A DNA stretch of 64,000 bases from an uncultured Methanomassiliicoccales archaeon. GTDB taxonomy: Archaea; Thermoplasmatota; Thermoplasmata; Methanomassiliicoccales; UBA472. The notes under the pieces were generated by a model that saw only the letters and a list, made by a program, of their open reading frames with translations, had not been told where the DNA came from and made no database searches. Position 1 is the stretch's first letter. Every line of letters begins with the position of its first letter. Below, one piece after another: positions 19,506-30,052 of the stretch. Position numbers and translations under genes: made by a program. The stretch is from positions 2,048,001 through 2,112,000 of the forward strand of contig OY968769.1 of NCBI GenBank assembly GCA_963695345.1, given 5' to 3'.

Positions 19506-20351
19506 ATGGGTGCACCAGTGAAACGGATTCCGACAGGAGTGGCTGACTTCGATAATATAATCAGAGGCGGCATGCCCATTGGTTCCGTTGTCTTGCTCCT
19601 GGGAGACCTGGGAGCGGGCCAGCAAGAATATGTGCTGACCTCGGCGGCCAAGATATCCCTCATTAAGGAGAACCCGGATTCGGCCGAGTTCTTCCTGGGA
19701 CACAGCGTCAAAGGGCAAATGATGCCGGAGTCCATCCACTACATCACATTCTCAAGGTCAAAGGAGGACATCCTTCAGGAGCTGGAGCTGTCCTTCAACG
19801 AGGACTTCTATGAATCGTTCGAACGCAACGTGAAGTTCAAGGACTTTTCCTCGAAGTACTTCAGGCAAACGCTGGTTCCCAAGAGCTGGTCTGGGGACAC
19901 ATCCTCCGCCCTGTTCTCCAGCAACAGCGACGAGGAGGGAGTACTGGAAGGGCTGGTCAACTACCTGGACCAGAACGCCCCCCGGAGCATGGTGATAATC
20001 GACTCGCTCACCGACCTGGTGCTGAACCAGAAGATCGACCCCAAGGACCTGGTGGCGGTGCTCCGCGGCATGCAGCGGGTGAGCAAGAAATGGGGCGGCG
20101 TGGTCTATCTGCTGCTGACCAAGGACATCATCGACGAAAGGATGCAACGGATGATCACCGATTCGGTGGATGGGGCTCTGGTGTTCGAATGGAGCCGCTT
20201 CGTCACCTCCTCCAAAAGGCAGCGCTATCTCTACGTTGAAAAATTCATGAGCATCCTGCCCCACTTGGATAGGGCGCGCATCGCGAGGTTCGCGACCACG
20301 GTCACCGCGCAGAGCGGCCTGGTGGTCATCGATACGGAAAGGATCGGGTGA
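19506..20351 (+). CDS. RAD55/KaiC-like protein with degenerate Walker A
   Basis: IPTGV..FD..I.GG start, but the P-loop reads GDLGAGQQ (no Lys). VIIDSL and DG motifs are retained. Confidence 0.8.
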   Translation: MGAPVKRIPTGVADFDNIIRGGMPIGSVVLLLGDLGAGQQEYVLTSAAKISLIKENPDSAEFFLGHSVKGQMMPESIHYITFSRSKEDILQELELSFNEDFYESFERNVKFKDFSSKYFRQTLVPKSWSGDTSSALFSSNSDEEGVLEGLVNYLDQNAPRSMVIIDSLTDLVLNQKIDPKDLVAVLRGMQRVSKKWGGVVYLLLTKDIIDERMQRMITDSVDGALVFEWSRFVTSSKRQRYLYVEKFMSILPHLDRARIARFATTVTAQSGLVVIDTERIG

Positions 20352-21052
20352 GCAAAATGGACCGAGTAAAGACCGGAATAGACGGACTGGACGAGCTCCT
20401 GGAGGGCGGCGTCCCGAAATCGCACACATTCGTGGTGATGGGATCGTTCGGTACGGGAAAGACGACGTTCGGACTGCAATTCCTCAATCAAGGTCTGGCC
20501 AATGGGGAGAAGTGCATCTACATCTCCTTGGAAGAGGACCAGAACTCGATACTGGAGGATGCCAAATCGCATGGCTGGGACCTCAAGCCGATGATCGACT
20601 CGCAGAAGATGGTGATCGTGAAGCTCGAACCCACCGACGCCAAGACGACGATCTCGAGGATAAAGAGCGAGCTGCCCGACTTCATCTCGAAGTTCGGGGC
20701 GACCAGGATCGTGTTCGATTCAGTATCCTTGCTGAACATGCTGTTCGAGGACGAGCATGAGCGCAGGATCAACCTGTTCAACCTGTCCCAGATGATCAAG
20801 AAGACCAACGCCACCTGCCTGATGACCGCCGAGACCAAGGACGAGAACCCGTTGGCCTCCCGAGACGGTCTGGTCGAATACGTGGCCGACGGTGTCATAT
20901 CGCTAAGGTACGTGGACCGGGTGGAGAGGAGCGAGATGCAGCTTTCCTTGCGCATCATCAAGATGAGGCGGACATCGCACTCGAGGAAGATCACCCTCTA
21001 CGAGATAACCAACAAGGGGATCGTAGTGCACGCCGGCTCGGAGATGATCTGA
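20348..21052 (+). CDS. KaiC-domain ATPase
   Basis: KTGIDGLDELL.GG, GSFGTGKT, YISLEE, VFDS, EYVADG, IKMR. Confidence 0.9.
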   Translation: MSKMDRVKTGIDGLDELLEGGVPKSHTFVVMGSFGTGKTTFGLQFLNQGLANGEKCIYISLEEDQNSILEDAKSHGWDLKPMIDSQKMVIVKLEPTDAKTTISRIKSELPDFISKFGATRIVFDSVSLLNMLFEDEHERRINLFNLSQMIKKTNATCLMTAETKDENPLASRDGLVEYVADGVISLRYVDRVERSEMQLSLRIIKMRRTSHSRKITLYEITNKGIVVHAGSEMI

Positions 21053-21465
21053 GCAGAACCGGTCAGAAACAGCCTACGGCTGACCGGCCATCCAGGACGG
21101 ACAATGGCTCGGTGGCCCGGTTCCTTGCCGGGAAGCGTGGCGGAGGAATCAGACGGGTCATCTGCTCATGGGAACAATATTGCATCGATTACGCAGGCCG
21201 ATGGCCCTCCGCTCAATGGGGCCGAGGGGGGTCCCTATGCCTATGACACGAACCTTTTCATATTGCACTCAGGGAACGCCACCGGCGATCTGGAGATTCC
21301 CAAAGGATTCTTTTACGTGGTTTTCTTCGGACACAACCCGACCACCGAACCATCCTCGGGAGTGTTCTCCTGGAAGATAACATATTATTGAATGTTCCTG
21401 CGTTGTCGCACCATTAGGTACGAGGTTCCAGAAAAGAATATTAGTCACGTGCCGATTATTGGCCG

Positions 21466-22392
21466 ATGTCAGAGAAGAAGCTCTTCCGCGTCGGCAAGGT
21501 CAAGAAGGTCTATGAGGTCGACAATAACACGTTGGAGTTCGAGTTCACCAACAACATCTCCGTTTTCGACAAGATAATTCCCTCGGACATCCCATTCAAA
21601 GGAGAGACGCTCTGCCGTACCTCCGCCCATTGGTTCAAGCTCCTGAAAGAGAACGGCATCCGTTCCGATTTCATTGAGGTGAACGGTCCGAACCGCATGC
21701 TGGTCAAGCGCGTGGACGTCATTCCCGACTACAGCAGGCTGAACCACAAGACCACCAACTACCTGATCCCGCTGGAGTTCATCTGCCGCCATTACAACGC
21801 CGGATCCCTGAACGACAGGGTCAAGGAAGGAAGGATAACGCCTGAGATGATGGGGTTCCCCAAAGGGCACTCACCCGCCTACGGCGAGCGGCTTCCGAAG
21901 GATTTCATTGAGACCACGACCAAGCTGGAGGAGACCGATCGGGAGCTTACCCGAGAGGAGGCGATCAGGATATCCGGTCTGACCGAGAAGGAATACGATC
22001 ACGTTTTCGAGGTCATCGGCAGGATCGACGATATCATAGGGTCCGAAGTGCGAAAGCGCGGACTTATCCATGTGGACGGCAAGAAGGAGTTCGCCTTCGA
22101 TGGGAATCGTCAGCTGATGATCGTGGATACGTTCGGGACAGCCGATGAGGACCGCTGGTGGGATGCGGCGGAGTATGCCCAGGGTAAGACCATCGAGCTC
22201 TCCAAGGAAATGGTCCGGCAGTATTACCGGGACATCGGCTACCACGAGAAGCTGTATTCGGCCCGAAAGAACAACCTGCCAGAACCGGACATCCCTGCCC
22301 TGCCGCAGGACATGGTGGAGAAGGTATCCCAGATGTACATCGCCCTTTATGAGCGCCTTACTGGAGAGAAGTTCCGGCGGGTCGACGGTTAG
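21466..22392 (+). CDS. purC: Phosphoribosylaminoimidazole-succinocarboxamide (SAICAR) synthase
   Basis: GKVKKVY, ISVFD, IPLEFICRHY.AGS, TTK, VDGKKEF, LSKEMVR. Confidence 0.95.
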   Translation: MSEKKLFRVGKVKKVYEVDNNTLEFEFTNNISVFDKIIPSDIPFKGETLCRTSAHWFKLLKENGIRSDFIEVNGPNRMLVKRVDVIPDYSRLNHKTTNYLIPLEFICRHYNAGSLNDRVKEGRITPEMMGFPKGHSPAYGERLPKDFIETTTKLEETDRELTREEAIRISGLTEKEYDHVFEVIGRIDDIIGSEVRKRGLIHVDGKKEFAFDGNRQLMIVDTFGTADEDRWWDAAEYAQGKTIELSKEMVRQYYRDIGYHEKLYSARKNNLPEPDIPALPQDMVEKVSQMYIALYERLTGEKFRRVDG

Positions 22393-22670
22393 GCTCACCC
22401 GAACGCCGGCATCCTGGGCGGATTCCATCAATACGACGGGACGGTCGTCCGATCCATTTAACTCATCGTTATGGGCCATCTTGGACTAACGCCTTCCGGA
22501 GGTGGATCTTCTCCAGCAGATCAAACCGCCATTCCGTTCCTCTAGGAATTTAGTATGATATCGTTGAGAAGGTAATAACCGAAAGTAACATGGTAAGATC
22601 ATTTCGACGCGGGTTATGACGGCCCGGTGGACCGATCGGGTCGGTCGTTGAACACTGAGCACCCCGCTGT

Positions 22671-23096
22671 TTATTCGAAAACGACCTCTACCAATTTGTT
22701 CCCCTCTGAGCACACCAGATCTCCCCGGATCTTCGATATTTTCATTTTGGTATGCTTCTCCAGCCCGATCGGATGGCAGATGCGATAATGGATACAACCC
22801 AGGGTACGGCATTTGACGTCCTCAAAGGAAATAGTGGAACCTTCCAGTGCGGCCTTCTTGCTGACCGAGCCCTGGATCTTCACCCTTTCGACCTCGGCCA
22901 CCCGTACTCCATCCTCGTGCATCTTGCACTCATGATGCACATCCCGGACGGATCTGATACGGTAACGGCCTCCCACATCAAGATTGAAGCAGACTGTCTT
23001 CAATTTGCATTCCTTGCATTCCGTGAGCGGCCCGCGGTAGACGAATTCGACGCCTTCCTTCGCCTGTCTCTCCCCTATCAATGTTACTATGACCAT
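22671..23096 (-). CDS. UPF0179 family protein
   Basis: TLIG..QA..G.EF.Y.G...EC..CKLK.VC.NL..G.RY.I..VR...H.C..H. Confidence 0.85.
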   Translation of the reverse strand: MVIVTLIGERQAKEGVEFVYRGPLTECKECKLKTVCFNLDVGGRYRIRSVRDVHHECKMHEDGVRVAEVERVKIQGSVSKKAALEGSTISFEDVKCRTLGCIHYRICHPIGLEKHTKMKISKIRGDLVCSEGNKLVEVVFE

Positions 23097-23110
23097 CAAA
23101 TCACATCCAA

Positions 23111-24175
23111 TCAGATAACCTTGGTTATCGTGGCGATCCTCTCGGCGGCCTCATAGGTCAGACCCATTCCAAGGATCGTGAATCTGTCCTTCCTGATCTT
23201 GTGGGCCGTCACTAGTGCCTGGATCACCTGCTCTTTGGAGATGCCTAGCTCTTTTGCCGAGGTAGGCGCCCCTATCTTCATCAACGCCGTCCTGATGCGG
23301 ACCCAGTCTCCGCCGTGCAGGTACATCATCATGATGCAACCGACCCCGCATTGCTCTCCATGCAATGCCTTGCCCGGTGCAATTATGTCCAACGCGTGCG
23401 AGAACATATGCTCTGAACCGCTGGTCGGCCTGGAGCTTCCCGCTACGCTCATGGATATCCCGGAGATTATTATCGGCCTGATGGCGATCCAGACGGATTC
23501 CTCCAGATTTGGCTTGATCAGGTCCGCATTATCTATGATAGTCTGTGCTGTGTAGTTCGACAGCGCATAGGCCGACCGGCTGAAGCTCTCATACCTCAGC
23601 CTTCTGGCGAACTCCCAATCCATTAGCGCTGTTGAGTTGGATATGACATCCGCACATCCCGATGCCAGTAATCGGTAGGGAGACTTAGCGATGATGTTGG
23701 TGTCCGCGATCACTCCCAACGGAACTTTGGCATCCAATGACATCGATCCCTTCTCGTTACGGATCGACGCTCGGCTCGAGGCGATGCCGTCATGAGAGGC
23801 CGAGGTGGGCACGGACAGGAACTCGCTGTGCGTGTTCTTCGCAGCCATCTTGGCCAGGTCTATCTTGCTTCCGCCGCCGACACCCAATAGGAATTTGGCT
23901 TTGGACTCCTTGGCCGCGCGTTCCACCTTCTTCAAGTTATCATCAGTGGCCTCGCCGACCATGATGCACTGTACCTCATAGCCATTCTTGACCAATCCTT
24001 CGGATACGATATCGCCTGCGACCTTCATGGTCTTGTCACCAGCAACGATCAATGCCGTTCCAGCCAGACTGAAATCCTTGCACATTTGGGGAATCGCATC
24101 GATAGCACCGTGCCCCGCAAGAACCTGTCTGGGAAAAAGCATCGAACGAGCCTTGGTGAAGTCACCCTCATCCAT
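23111..24175 (-). CDS. egsA: Glycerol-1-phosphate dehydrogenase (NAD(P)-dependent)
   Basis: GVGGG..ID.AK, PTSASHDGIAS, SRPTSGSEH, HGEQCG. Confidence 0.95.
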   Translation of the reverse strand: MDEGDFTKARSMLFPRQVLAGHGAIDAIPQMCKDFSLAGTALIVAGDKTMKVAGDIVSEGLVKNGYEVQCIMVGEATDDNLKKVERAAKESKAKFLLGVGGGSKIDLAKMAAKNTHSEFLSVPTSASHDGIASSRASIRNEKGSMSLDAKVPLGVIADTNIIAKSPYRLLASGCADVISNSTALMDWEFARRLRYESFSRSAYALSNYTAQTIIDNADLIKPNLEESVWIAIRPIIISGISMSVAGSSRPTSGSEHMFSHALDIIAPGKALHGEQCGVGCIMMMYLHGGDWVRIRTALMKIGAPTSAKELGISKEQVIQALVTAHKIRKDRFTILGMGLTYEAAERIATITKVI

Positions 24176-24587
24176 CCAAGCACCCTGAACGGAGGTTTAT
24201 ACAGATGCCCTATATTCAAGTTATCGGTGTGGACTCACGCCAGTAGGAAATGTCGACCTCGTGAACGGCATTGGTCGGTCCTAGGGCGGTTCGATCTATT
24301 CAGAAAAGAGGCATCCGGGAAGCTCTGCAAGGTGGAATTTCGATGCTATTCTTAGGAGGAGAATAGGGGGTGAGCCATCTCCGGACTGCCTCTATGAATC
24401 TTCAAATACACTTATATTATATATAGATTCTGAATCCTAAGATAATCACACGATTATTATTAAGACTCAATTTTTCGGGACATTTTATCAATACTGGCTA
24501 TGCAATCAAATGGTATGATTACTATTGATAATGAGATGACTCCTAAGTATAATGATACATCATCCATAAAATAAGTCCGGGAACATA

Positions 24588-27305
24588 ATGTGGACACAGT
24601 TTTGGAAGCCATCGATAAATTCGTGGAAAGGCATGATAAATCCGTTTCCGGATCGTTTTCTGGCGGTGATGTCATTAAGGAATCACAACCACTTTTCTTA
24701 CGACCGACCTCCATCGGATACCCGTTTTTCGTTGTTTGTTGTTCTGCAAATGGAAACATTATCGATGCTTTCATGTGCCAGAATGTGTTTTGGTTGTTCG
24801 ATCCCCTTGGCGGAACAGGACGAGTCGAACAACAATAACAGGCCAAAGGATTTGCCCCCTCCATCGGAGAAATGTTTTCATGTCACTGATTCAACACCGG
24901 TGCTGATGTGTTCATTGGACCGGGAAGGTCAACTGAAATACTACAACAAGGCGTTCGAAGCGGCCATGGAATGCGCGGAACATCCTTTGCTGGGAACCCG
25001 GCTGCATGTTCTGGTGGATACTACTGACCAAGAGGCGTTCTCGGAGATCATCGACAAGTGTTCCAGGGACGCATCGGCCACCGGGAACATGACCGTAAGG
25101 TTAAGGTCGGTCAACGGTCAGGAGGTGGGGTGCCTTTTCAACATTAGCCCGGTGGTGGAAAAGGGCAGTGTGGTCGGGGTCAGCGTCTTCGGGCGCAGGG
25201 CACAGGCAGAGAACGCCATAATGGGGTCCGTTCACCTCTCGTCCCAGCTCATGGATGAACTGCTTACTTTCGTCCATTTGATGGTTATCGCCTTTGACCA
25301 GGCGGGAAAGATAATTGTCTACAATAAGGCAGTGGAGGACTTCGTGTCCCGTTCCAGCAGTGAGGTGCTAGGTACCCAGATCATGGACATCCTGGACCCT
25401 AAGGAGATCCAGGAATCTGAGATACTGCAGGCCGTCCAGGAGGTCCTGTCGGGGAGGACGCTGACGATCAGACTGCCGCTGCTCACGGCCGGAGGGATGG
25501 TCTTCTTGAATTGGAGATTGACTGCGCTCAAGGATGACCTTGGGAGCACGACGGGAGTTCTGGCCCTGACCAACGATCCCAACCACTCGGTCAAAATGGC
25601 CAAGGACATCGAGCAACTGGGTCGCCACATGGAGATCTTGGCGGAGACATCGCGGGACATGAGCGACAACCTCGATCCCACCGAATCGATCGACCATGAA
25701 CTGATCCGAATGGTCAAGGCGCTGGATTTCGATTTCGCCATTTTCCGGCTCATCGATGATGGCAATATGCCTCAGATGTTCTGCTCCGGGGTGGATTTCC
25801 GTAATGGCCGGGCGCTGCTGGAATCTCCCTTGGAGAACGGCAACTCGCTTTACACTAGCGTCGAGAATGGTAACATATTCGTATCTGAGGACCTGCACAA
25901 CGACCGGAGGATATCGATCCAGAATGAAAAACCCAGAGCGCTCATCGGCCTTCCGGTCCACTTCCGACGCGAATCATATGGATGTGCCATATTTGGCAGC
26001 TATCATCCGATGTCCGACATCATGAGCAAGGAGACGGTCCTCCAGGTGTTCTGCAATCAGGTGGCGATATCCCATCGCAACGGTAAGTTGCACCGCCGGC
26101 AAACGCGCAGCAACAACGAGTTCCAGATCCTCTATGACGCCTCGAAGGTACTGTCCAGCACCCTTGACCACAAGGAGGTCATCTTGGCCATACTCAACAA
26201 GGCCAGGCAGTTGGTGAGTGCAGAGAACTGTCTGTTGTTCGAAATGGACCACAACAGCGGCAAACTTCGCTGCACCCAGAACGTATGTCAGATCCCCATC
26301 GACACAGTGGGAATGGAGATGGAACTGGGAGAAGGCATCACTGGGCTGGTGGCCAAGACCGGTCAGGGCATGCTCCTGGAACGGGCCGACCTGGATGAAA
26401 GGTCGGCGTTGTTGGAGGGAACGCTGGACGAGCCCAGCTCGCTGATCTGCGTTCCCATGAAATTCGGGGATGAGATACTCGGCGTGATCACCTTGGAAAA
26501 GAAGCCCGGGGTGCCCTTCACTTCCCGGGAATACAAACTGGTTGAGATGTTCTCGGTGCTGGCCGCGACGGCCATCAAGAACGCCCGCACCTATGCCAAG
26601 GTCAAGGAAAAGGCATCACGCCAGCAGGTCTACAACATACTGCTTACCCATGACGTGGCCAATTACAACGTTCCGATACACGGTTTCCTGGAGATGCTCC
26701 TGACCGATCCCAAGCTCGATGAGAGGCAACGGCGGTACGTCAAGAGCGCCCTGGCCCAATCGGAGAACATTTCCTCGCTGATATCGGATGTGCGCAAACT
26801 GTGGAAGCTCAAAGCGATGGAGCAGAGTCCGCTGCTGCCTGTCGACCTGTTGCCCATCCTCTCTGAGGCCATCCACGATATCCAGATGAACGCGCTCTAT
26901 GGGGACTATCACATCACCTTCCACTCTCCCTTGGGAAGGCTGATGGTCAAGGCGGACAATTTCCTGAAGGACGTCTTCTACAACCTGCTGAGCAACGCCT
27001 GCAAGTATGGCGACCAGAAACCCATCGAGGTAATGGTATCCGAACATTCGGAGAATGGGAATGATTTCTACCGGATCAGCGTGGCGGACTTCGGTCACGG
27101 GATCCCGGATGAAAGAAAGAATTTCCTGTTCAGGAGATTCGACCAACTGGATTCCGAATCGGCGGCGGAAGGACATGGCCTAGGACTTTCCGTGGTCAAT
27201 GCCCTGGCGGAGCGTTACGAGGGGAGGGTCTGGGTGGACAATCGTGTCACAGCGGACTTCTCCAAAGGTTCCATATTCTCGTTGATCATTCCAAGGGTAA
27301 GGTGA
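24588..27305 (+). CDS. Soluble PAS-PAS-GAF-GAF sensor histidine kinase (true start probably 24765 or 24807)
   Basis: Two PAS-like and two GAF-like segments, H-box THDVAN, N-box NLLSNACKY, DFGHGIP, GHGLGL. Confidence 0.9.
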   Translation: MWTQFWKPSINSWKGMINPFPDRFLAVMSLRNHNHFSYDRPPSDTRFSLFVVLQMETLSMLSCARMCFGCSIPLAEQDESNNNNRPKDLPPPSEKCFHVTDSTPVLMCSLDREGQLKYYNKAFEAAMECAEHPLLGTRLHVLVDTTDQEAFSEIIDKCSRDASATGNMTVRLRSVNGQEVGCLFNISPVVEKGSVVGVSVFGRRAQAENAIMGSVHLSSQLMDELLTFVHLMVIAFDQAGKIIVYNKAVEDFVSRSSSEVLGTQIMDILDPKEIQESEILQAVQEVLSGRTLTIRLPLLTAGGMVFLNWRLTALKDDLGSTTGVLALTNDPNHSVKMAKDIEQLGRHMEILAETSRDMSDNLDPTESIDHELIRMVKALDFDFAIFRLIDDGNMPQMFCSGVDFRNGRALLESPLENGNSLYTSVENGNIFVSEDLHNDRRISIQNEKPRALIGLPVHFRRESYGCAIFGSYHPMSDIMSKETVLQVFCNQVAISHRNGKLHRRQTRSNNEFQILYDASKVLSSTLDHKEVILAILNKARQLVSAENCLLFEMDHNSGKLRCTQNVCQIPIDTVGMEMELGEGITGLVAKTGQGMLLERADLDERSALLEGTLDEPSSLICVPMKFGDEILGVITLEKKPGVPFTSREYKLVEMFSVLAATAIKNARTYAKVKEKASRQQVYNILLTHDVANYNVPIHGFLEMLLTDPKLDERQRRYVKSALAQSENISSLISDVRKLWKLKAMEQSPLLPVDLLPILSEAIHDIQMNALYGDYHITFHSPLGRLMVKADNFLKDVFYNLLSNACKYGDQKPIEVMVSEHSENGNDFYRISVADFGHGIPDERKNFLFRRFDQLDSESAAEGHGLGLSVVNALAERYEGRVWVDNRVTADFSKGSIFSLIIPRVR

Positions 27306-27366
27306 AATATATTGAATGGGTTACACATTCAATAGTGCATAACGGATGTTTTTGGGAGGTGAATCA

Positions 27367-27741
27367 ATGATCAAAGTACTCATGGTGGACGACAATGTGG
27401 AACATATTCAGCTGTGCTCGGAGTTCTTGCCAGAGGATCAGTTCGAAGTAGACGCGGCCTATACCGGCGGTCAGGCCATTGAGAAGCTGAAGAACAGGAA
27501 ATACGACATTGTGATCCTTGATTACAAGTTGCCGGACATCAACGGCATCGACCTCTTGAAGAAGGTCAGGCCTTTGAACCTGAAAATCCCGGTCCTCTTC
27601 GTTTCCGCTCTGGACGATCCAGACCTGAGTTTCGAGGCGATGAAGGAAGGGGCCTGCGACTATGTCGTCAAGACCTTCCAATACTACAGCAGATTGCGCG
27701 AGCGCATCCTGGAGAACTTGGAAAGTTGCCAAGTACGGTGA
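27367..27741 (+). CDS. Stand-alone response regulator receiver protein
   Basis: VDD, ILDYKLPD.NG, FVS, GACDYVVK. Confidence 0.9.
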   Translation: MIKVLMVDDNVEHIQLCSEFLPEDQFEVDAAYTGGQAIEKLKNRKYDIVILDYKLPDINGIDLLKKVRPLNLKIPVLFVSALDDPDLSFEAMKEGACDYVVKTFQYYSRLRERILENLESCQVR

Positions 27742-27781
27742 ACGCCTCGTCAGGATTTTTTCAGGGACGGGTGGGGGTAGA

Positions 27782-28348
27782 ATGGTAACGGTCCTCGGAA
27801 TCCTCGGAAGTCCCCACGCCGTCGGTAACACGGCAGTGCTTCTGGGAGCGTTCCTCGATGGGGCCAGAGACGCGGGGGCAGAGACGATATTGCTGAACGC
27901 CACCGAAATGGCCATTTCCGGTTGCAGGGCATGCGATGCCTGTCAAGAAAACGGCATATGCGTTGTGGACGATGACATGATATCCGTCTATGATGCCATC
28001 CGCCGGGCTGACGTCCTGGTGCTGGCAACCCCGCTCTATTTTTCCGGGATGAGCAGTCAGCTGAAAGCGGTCATCGACAGGTGCCAATGTCTTTGGCATT
28101 TGGCAAGAAAGCGGAACGGCCCGGTCACGAAACGAGGTTATCTGTTGAGCGTTGGTGCGAGGGACAACGCCAACTTCAGGAACGTGCTATCCGAGGTACG
28201 CTCCTTCTACCTGGGGATTGGTGTTTCCTTCAAAGGTGAGGTCACCGTTTCCGGTGTGGACTACGAAGGTGAGATATCCACCCGAAAGGGAGAACTGGCC
28301 AAGGCCTATGGATTAGGTAGGGACGCGGCAACCTCAAGCCCTATCTGA
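27782..28348 (+). CDS. Iron-sulfur flavoprotein / multimeric flavodoxin family
   Basis: GSP...GNT, CRACDAC...C...DDM, ATPLYF, LK.VIDR. Confidence 0.85.
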   Translation: MVTVLGILGSPHAVGNTAVLLGAFLDGARDAGAETILLNATEMAISGCRACDACQENGICVVDDDMISVYDAIRRADVLVLATPLYFSGMSSQLKAVIDRCQCLWHLARKRNGPVTKRGYLLSVGARDNANFRNVLSEVRSFYLGIGVSFKGEVTVSGVDYEGEISTRKGELAKAYGLGRDAATSSPI

Positions 28349-29114
28349 GACAACCATTGACCCGGTCCAGGCGCTTGATGCTGGAGCGGATCCAGGTGAA
28401 CACTATCCAAGCCAACAGAAAGGTCAGGATGAGCCCGATCAGCGAAATGAACTCCACGTCCGAGGCGAAGTTGCCCATTATGGCGAACATGTTAAAGGCC
28501 GCATGCAGAACGACCGCCCCCGCATAGTAAAGAAACCATGACTGGGGGTGACCGGCCGCCCTATGGAACTTCGAGAGGGCAATGCCATAACCGGTCACGG
28601 CAGTGGCCGACGCGTGCAGCAAGGTCGAGGTCAATGCCCGGCTGATGGCGATGACAAAGAACAACTCGGTCCCGGCGACCAGAGCGGAACCATTGTAGAG
28701 CACGTTCTCCACGGCCGCAAATCCCAGTCCAGCCGCCGCTCCGTAGACCAGGCCGTCCTCGATCTCGTTCAGCCGCGGCCTCATGTACAGAACCGTCCAG
28801 GATTTGGTAAGCTCTTCCACCACCGGGGCGATGAAGACCGCCAGGATCAGCAGCTGCAGGTTCTGGTCGTTGGGTTGGATCCCCCAGAACCCCTGGGTGA
28901 GCACACTGCCTGGACTGAACAGCGTGCCGACCAGGATGCCTTCTATGATGTAGGCCGCCCCCAATGAGACGACCGCTGCGAATGCGAACGCCATCAGTAC
29001 TGAGCTCATCGATTCCCGTCGGCACAGCTCGGCATTCCTGACCCAGATCATATATGCTATCGGAGGGGCGACCGATAGGGTGACGATCAGGACCAGGCCA
29101 ACAACATCGACCAT
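28341..29114 (-). CDS. PrsW-family intramembrane glutamic protease
   Basis: APVVEELTK, GLGFAAVEN, LLHA, LHAAFN, multiple TM helices. Confidence 0.85.
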   Translation of the reverse strand: MVDVVGLVLIVTLSVAPPIAYMIWVRNAELCRRESMSSVLMAFAFAAVVSLGAAYIIEGILVGTLFSPGSVLTQGFWGIQPNDQNLQLLILAVFIAPVVEELTKSWTVLYMRPRLNEIEDGLVYGAAAGLGFAAVENVLYNGSALVAGTELFFVIAISRALTSTLLHASATAVTGYGIALSKFHRAAGHPQSWFLYYAGAVVLHAAFNMFAIMGNFASDVEFISLIGLILTFLLAWIVFTWIRSSIKRLDRVNGCLR

Positions 29115-29177
29115 TATGATCGGTGACAATTCTCACTCAGAGGTAATTAATGACTCCGTCGTCTGCGCCGTTCCGGG

Positions 29178-29876
29178 TCAATGCTGGGGTGCTGCCAGTT
29201 CCTTCGTCGTTTTCCTTAGCACAATGGCCAATGAGACGATGAACACTGCCCCCAAGATCGCGAACACCAACGCCCAGATGCCGCTGGAGACGGAGCTATC
29301 GAGGTTCGTGATGATGGAGAGCGGGGCGTGTATGTTGCCATAGAATACCATGAACCACCAGGCAGCCACCACTGAAAGGACCAGGCTGACCTGGAGCACC
29401 TTCAAGGAGCATTTACCCCGGATGACCAATCCCCAGGACCCCGCCAGAACTCCCCATATGAGCAGCGCGAAACCCGCATCCGCTGGGAAACCCCAATACG
29501 CCGCGAACGGGATCATCGTGATTTGCGCAACGGAAGCGGCTATCGACCCGATCCCGATCGGTTTCCAGTCCCATCCTTTGACCGCCACTATGGCGGTGCC
29601 CATGAACAGCAGGCCGTTGATGATCCCGGAAACCGCCATGACCAGGAACTGGTTCGAACCCGGGTTCCATATAAGCCAGAAAGCAAAAAGGAAGAGACTG
29701 ATGCCGGCAACCAGCGAGCCCATGGCGCCGATGGGTTGTTCAGGCACCATATCTTCCGGCTTGGTCTTCTTCCTCCACCATGTCGGTCCCGCCTCGGTGC
29801 CGCTGCAGAAGAATATCCAATGGCACAGCCCATAGACCAGACCTATCATCGCGAAGGCTACGCCGTTTAGTCCCAT
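29178..29876 (-). CDS. AmiS/UreI-like small-solute channel
   Basis: About 6-7 TM helices. GLLF...GWDWKP and WGVL resemble UreI LLF...GLDWRP and WGVLW. Confidence 0.55.
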   Translation of the reverse strand: MGLNGVAFAMIGLVYGLCHWIFFCSGTEAGPTWWRKKTKPEDMVPEQPIGAMGSLVAGISLFLFAFWLIWNPGSNQFLVMAVSGIINGLLFMGTAIVAVKGWDWKPIGIGSIAASVAQITMIPFAAYWGFPADAGFALLIWGVLAGSWGLVIRGKCSLKVLQVSLVLSVVAAWWFMVFYGNIHAPLSIITNLDSSVSSGIWALVFAILGAVFIVSLAIVLRKTTKELAAPQH

Positions 29877-30052
29877 CGTGACATCCTCGTGCTACCCTGT
29901 GGGTATTCACTCTCAGCAGTCAACCAGATTGGGGATACATAATCCTAACGCCCGCTAGTCTGGTGCCGGTGGTCAATTCTGGTCTGAACGCACAGCTGTC
30001 TGTTCTCTCTTCCCGAACCTGCTCGCCCATCTCAAGAGCTCGAGCGATGAGC

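Noticed and set aside
22393-22670. Possible small gene or ncRNA between convergent purC and UPF0179
   Set aside because: No convincing ORF, and only short stems compatible with terminators or chance
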